Below, in pieces: positions 58,415 through 64,000 of a stretch of DNA of 64,000 nucleotides. How positions within the stretch are numbered: the first letter of the stretch is position 1; every line of letters starts with the position of its first letter. The stretch is from Tequatrovirus LF73P3: the sequence record OZ035756.1; one strand, written 5' to 3'. The notes beneath the pieces are model-generated. The model was not told where the DNA came from, searched no databases, and was given only the letters and a program-made list of their open reading frames with translations. Made by a program: the position numbers and the translations under genes.

Positions 58415-59961
58415 GTAACAATACATATCAGCACGTATCAAATGAATCAAAATATGTTAAATTCGATCCAGTAGGATCGAATTTTCCTAACACTGTCACG
58501 ACAGTGCAGTCTGCATTATCAAAAATAAGTAATATCGGCGTAAATGGTATTCCTGATGCAACTATGGAAGTTAAAGGAATAGCAATGATTGCGTCAGAAC
58601 AAGAGGTTTTAGATGGAACTAATAATTCTAAAATCGTTACACCAGCTACATTAGCAACAAGATTATTGTATCCAAATGCTACTGAAACTAAATATGGTTT
58701 AACGCGTTATTCAACAAATGAAGAAACATTAAAAGGCTCAGATAATAATTCATCAATAACACCACAAAAACTGAAATACCACACTGACGATGTGTTCAAA
58801 AATAGATATTCGTCTGAGTCATCAAACGGGGTTATTAAAATATCATCTACACCTGCAGCTTTGGCTGGAGTTGATGATACTACTGCGATGACTCCGCTAA
58901 AAACCCAAAAACTTGCAATAAAATTAATTTCGCAAATAGCTCCTTCAGAAGACACTGCAACAGAATCGGTGAGAGGAGTAGTTCAATTATCTACTGTTGC
59001 GCAAACTCGTCAAGGAACTCTCCGCGAAGGATATGCAATTTCCCCGTATACCTTTATGAATTCTGTTGCAACAGATGAATATAGGGGTGTTATACGTTTA
59101 GGAACACAGACTGAAATTAATAATAATTTGGGGGGTGTTGCAGTAACAGGTGAAACACTAAATGGTCGAGGAGCTACCGGTTCTATGCGTGGAGTAGTTA
59201 AATTAACGACGCAAGCCGGTATTGCCCCTGAAGGTGATAGTTCTGGAGCATTAGCATGGAACGCAGATGTAATTAATACTCGTGGTGGACAAACTATTAA
59301 TGGTTCTTTAAATTTAGACCATCTTACAGCAAACGGAATTTGGTCGCGTGGTGGAATGTGGAAAAATGGCGATCAACCTGTTGCCACTGAAAGATATGCG
59401 TCCGAAAGGGTTCCAGTTGGGACTATTATGATGTTTGCAGGTGATTCAGCACCTCCAGGTTGGTCTATGTGTCACGGTGGAACTGTGTCAGGTGACCAAT
59501 TTCCTGATTATAGAAACGTAGTTGGAACAAGATTTGGTGGTGATTGGAATAATCCTGGTATTCCTGATATGCGAGGTCTTTTCGTCAGAGGAGCCGGCAC
59601 AGGCGGTCATATTTTAAATCAACGAGGACAAGATGGTTATGGAAAGGATAGACTTGGCGTAGGATGTGACGGAATGCATGTTGGTGGTGTCCAGGCACAA
59701 CAAATGTCATACCATAAACACGCCGGTGGTTGGGGGGAATATAACAGAAGTGAAGGCCCATTTGGCGCGTCTGTTTATCAAGGATATCTTGGAACTAGAA
59801 AATATTCCGACTGGGATAATTCTTCATACTTCACTAATGATGGATTTGAATTAGGTGGACCGAGAGATGCCCTTGGTACACTTAATCGTGAAGGATTAAT
59901 TGGTTATGAAACTAGACCATGGAATATATCATTAAACTATATTATTAAAGTTCATTACTAA
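58411..59961 (+). CDS. 12: short tail fibre protein gp12
   Basis: 516 aa, [26 protein letters not shown]..., repeated beta-motifs, C-terminal receptor-binding domain. Confidence 0.9.
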   Translation: MSNNTYQHVSNESKYVKFDPVGSNFPNTVTTVQSALSKISNIGVNGIPDATMEVKGIAMIASEQEVLDGTNNSKIVTPATLATRLLYPNATETKYGLTRYSTNEETLKGSDNNSSITPQKLKYHTDDVFKNRYSSESSNGVIKISSTPAALAGVDDTTAMTPLKTQKLAIKLISQIAPSEDTATESVRGVVQLSTVAQTRQGTLREGYAISPYTFMNSVATDEYRGVIRLGTQTEINNNLGGVAVTGETLNGRGATGSMRGVVKLTTQAGIAPEGDSSGALAWNADVINTRGGQTINGSLNLDHLTANGIWSRGGMWKNGDQPVATERYASERVPVGTIMMFAGDSAPPGWSMCHGGTVSGDQFPDYRNVVGTRFGGDWNNPGIPDMRGLFVRGAGTGGHILNQRGQDGYGKDRLGVGCDGMHVGGVQAQQMSYHKHAGGWGEYNRSEGPFGASVYQGYLGTRKYSDWDNSSYFTNDGFELGGPRDALGTLNREGLIGYETRPWNISLNYIIKVHY

Positions 59962-59970
59962 GGATTACAA

Positions 59971-61428
59971 ATGATTGAATTAAAAGAGTTACCTTTTGTT
60001 GATAGCGTTCCTGACGAAGGTCAGGAACGTATTTCATGGATTAAAAATGGTGAAGAAATATTAGGAGCTAGTACTAAGTATGGAAATGATGGATCAATGA
60101 ATAGACCAATTGTTTCCGTGTTTAAAAACGTCGAAGTTCTTGATGAAAATGTGGGAATTCTTAAAACTGCCATTGAAACATCGCAGAAAGATATTAAAAC
60201 AATTCAAGGAGTTTTAGATGTATCAGGAGATATAGAAGCACTAGCACAGATCAGTGTTAATAAAAATGACATATCAAATTTAAAGACACTTACTAATGAA
60301 CACACTGATATATTAACTGGAACTAATAATACAGTTGACAAAATTATTGCTGATATAGGTCCATTTAATGATGAAGAAAACTCTGTTTACAGAACAATTA
60401 GAAATGATTTATTGTGGATTAAACAGGAATTAGGACAATATTCTGGTCAAGACATTAACGGTCTTCCTGTTGTTGGTAATGCTAGCACAGGAATGAAACA
60501 CAGAATAATAACAAATAGTACGTTATTATCTTCACAAGGCATTCGTTTAAGCGAATTAGAAACTAAATTTACTGAATCTGACGTAGGATCATTAACTGTT
60601 GAAGTCGGTAAATTACGCGATGAACTTGGTAATAAACCGGTAGATTTTGGGCCAAATATTTATAATAGATTAAACACCATAGATGATAAACAAACTTTAA
60701 TAATTTCTGATATAGCAGAAATTAAATCTTCTATTGGATACCCAGAAAATGTTTCTATAATAACAGAAATTAATAATAACAAAAGTAGCATTGAAGCTAT
60801 TAATAATGAATTAAATCAGAGTGAAGGTGTTAAACAGCGCTTAACGGCTATTGAAACTTCTATCGGTTCAGATGATATTCCTTCTAGTATTAAAGGAAAA
60901 ATTAAAAATCACACAACTTCTATTGAGTCTTTAAATGGAATTGTCGGTGAAAACACTTCGTCTGGTTTAAGAGCAAATGTTTCATGGTTAAATCAAATTG
61001 TTGGAACTGACTCCAGCGGAGGACAACCGTCTCCTTCTGGATCTCTATTAAATAAAGTTTCAGTGATTGAAGGAGAAGTTTCAGTTTTAAACAATAATGT
61101 TCAAAATATACAAGTTGAAATAGGAAATAATAGAACAGGAATTAAAGGTCAAGTTATTGAACTTACTTCACTTATAAATGGAAATAATCCTGACGGATCA
61201 ACTGTTGAAGAACGAGGATTAACTAATTCTGTAAAAACGAATGAAACTAACATTGCGGCAGTCACACAGGAAGTAAATACAGTTAAAGAAAATATATCCT
61301 CTTTACAGAGTAGCGTTCAAGATCTACAAGAAGCAGGTTATATTCCTGAAGCTCCAAAAGATGGCCAAGCTTACGTTCGTAAAGACGGCGAATGGGTATT
61401 ACTTTCTACCTTTTTATCACCAGCATAA
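59971..61428 (+). CDS. wac: fibritin (whisker antigen control)
   Basis: 485 aa, segmented coiled coil, C-terminal foldon [27 protein letters not shown]. Confidence 0.95.
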   Translation: MIELKELPFVDSVPDEGQERISWIKNGEEILGASTKYGNDGSMNRPIVSVFKNVEVLDENVGILKTAIETSQKDIKTIQGVLDVSGDIEALAQISVNKNDISNLKTLTNEHTDILTGTNNTVDKIIADIGPFNDEENSVYRTIRNDLLWIKQELGQYSGQDINGLPVVGNASTGMKHRIITNSTLLSSQGIRLSELETKFTESDVGSLTVEVGKLRDELGNKPVDFGPNIYNRLNTIDDKQTLIISDIAEIKSSIGYPENVSIITEINNNKSSIEAINNELNQSEGVKQRLTAIETSIGSDDIPSSIKGKIKNHTTSIESLNGIVGENTSSGLRANVSWLNQIVGTDSSGGQPSPSGSLLNKVSVIEGEVSVLNNNVQNIQVEIGNNRTGIKGQVIELTSLINGNNPDGSTVEERGLTNSVKTNETNIAAVTQEVNTVKENISSLQSSVQDLQEAGYIPEAPKDGQAYVRKDGEWVLLSTFLSPA

Positions 61429-61431
61429 CAT

Positions 61432-61449
61432 GGGGCCGCAAGGCCCCAA
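61432..61449 (+). terminator. GC hairpin after wac (GGGGCC-GCAA-GGCCCC)
   Basis: Perfect 6-bp GC stem with GNRA loop immediately after wac stop; no strong U-run. Confidence 0.5.
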
Positions 61450-61459
61450 AGGATTTTAA

Positions 61460-63161
<1,702 letters not shown>

Positions 63162-63202
63162 TAAATATTATAAACTAATTAAAGCCCAGATTAGGAGAAA
63201 TC

Positions 63203-64000
63203 ATGTTTGGTTATTTTTATAATTCGTCTTTTAGACGATATGCTACCTTGATGGGCGATTTGTTTTCAAATATCCAAATCAAACGTCAGTTAGAATCTGG
63301 TGATAAGTTTATACGTGTTCCTATTACGTATGCATCAAAGGAACACTTCATGATGAAATTAAATAAATGGACATCGATAAATTCACAAGAAGATGTAGCT
63401 AAAGTTGAAACTATTCTACCTCGTATAAATTTACATTTAGTTGATTTTAGCTATAATGCTCCATTTAAAACAAACATTTTAAATCAAAATTTACTACAAA
63501 AAGGCGCAACTTCTGTAGTATCACAGTATAATCCATCTCCTATTAAAATGATTTATGAATTGAGTATATTTACTCGCTATGAGGATGATATGTTTCAAAT
63601 AGTTGAACAAATTCTTCCATATTTTCAGCCTCATTTTAATACAACTATGTACGAACAGTTTGGAAATGATATTCCATTTAAAAGGGATATTAAAATTGTA
63701 CTGATGTCTGCTGCTATAGACGAATCTATAGATGGAGATAATTTATCTCGTCGTAGAATTGAATGGTCACTAACATTTGAAGTAAATGGATGGATGTATC
63801 CTCCGGTAGATGATGCAGAAGGATTAATTCGTACTACTTATACAGATTTTCACGCCAATACAAGAGATTTGCCTGATGGTGAAGGTGTTTTTGAATCTGT
63901 TGATAGCGAAGTTGTTCCTCGAGATATTAACCCAGAAGACTGGGATGGAACAGTAAAACAAACTTTCACCAGCAATGTAAATAGACCAACACCGCCAGAA
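63203..64000 (+). CDS. 15: tail sheath stabiliser/terminator gp15 (3' truncated by window end)
   Basis: ATG at 63203 with AGGAGAAA RBS; MFGYFYNSSFRRYATLMGDLF...; no stop before window end. Confidence 0.85.
   Translation, partial: MFGYFYNSSFRRYATLMGDLFSNIQIKRQLESGDKFIRVPITYASKEHFMMKLNKWTSINSQEDVAKVETILPRINLHLVDFSYNAPFKTNILNQNLLQKGATSVVSQYNPSPIKMIYELSIFTRYEDDMFQIVEQILPYFQPHFNTTMYEQFGNDIPFKRDIKIVLMSAAIDESIDGDNLSRRRIEWSLTFEVNGWMYPPVDDAEGLIRTTYTDFHANTRDLPDGEGVFESVDSEVVPRDINPEDWDGTVKQTFTSNVNRPTPPE

Noticed and set aside
47477-58955. Minus-strand ORFs inside the baseplate genes (47477-47677, 50454-50708, 52723-53112, 54369-54704, 56789-57010, 58012-58290, 58707-58955)
   Set aside because: Fully embedded antisense to long, well-supported late structural genes; no promoter or RBS context

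Overview
This window reads as a T-even (T4-like, Tevenvirinae) phage segment; the calls rest on my recognition of protein sequences and motifs, not on any database search. Bases 1-45729 are almost entirely minus-strand early/middle genes: clamp loader/clamp (44 partial, 45), rpbA, recombination nuclease 46/47, alpha-glucosyltransferase, late sigma factor 55, anaerobic RNR nrdG/nrdD (intron-less here), endonuclease VII (49), nrdC, a ~11 kb block of unknown genes, rI, tk, regB, a GrcA-like glycyl-radical protein, ipIII, denV, ipII, lysozyme e, nudE, a tRNA cluster (nine tRNAs, segB GIY-YIG endonuclease inside it, plus a structured non-tRNA RNA region), an ipI-like protein, 57B (Acb1-like 2H phosphoesterase), 57A, and genes 1, 3, 2, 4. 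From 45777 onward the plus strand carries the late baseplate/tail-fibre module 53, 5, 5.1, 5.4, 6, 7, 8, 9, 10, 11, 12, wac, 13, 14 and the start of 15. Lysozyme e differs at a few residues from T4 as I remember it, so this is a T4 relative, not T4 itself. Regulatory grammar is visible: sigma70-type early promoters (GTTTAC -35) on the minus strand, TATAAATA late promoters, and recurrent GC-rich UUCG-loop hairpins. The most system-like unexplained candidate is a Pol-beta-type nucleotidyltransferase (GS-x9-SDVD motif) translationally coupled to a 2-TM membrane protein (21972-23467), bracketed by terminator-promoter units. Other notable items are a macro-domain protein, an extra class-II tRNA with GUA anticodon, paralogous gene arrays, and a variable internal-protein locus. 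The supplied ORF track uses non-ATG starts and appears to omit at least one 67-aa ORF (24687-24890), so several starts were re-derived by hand.
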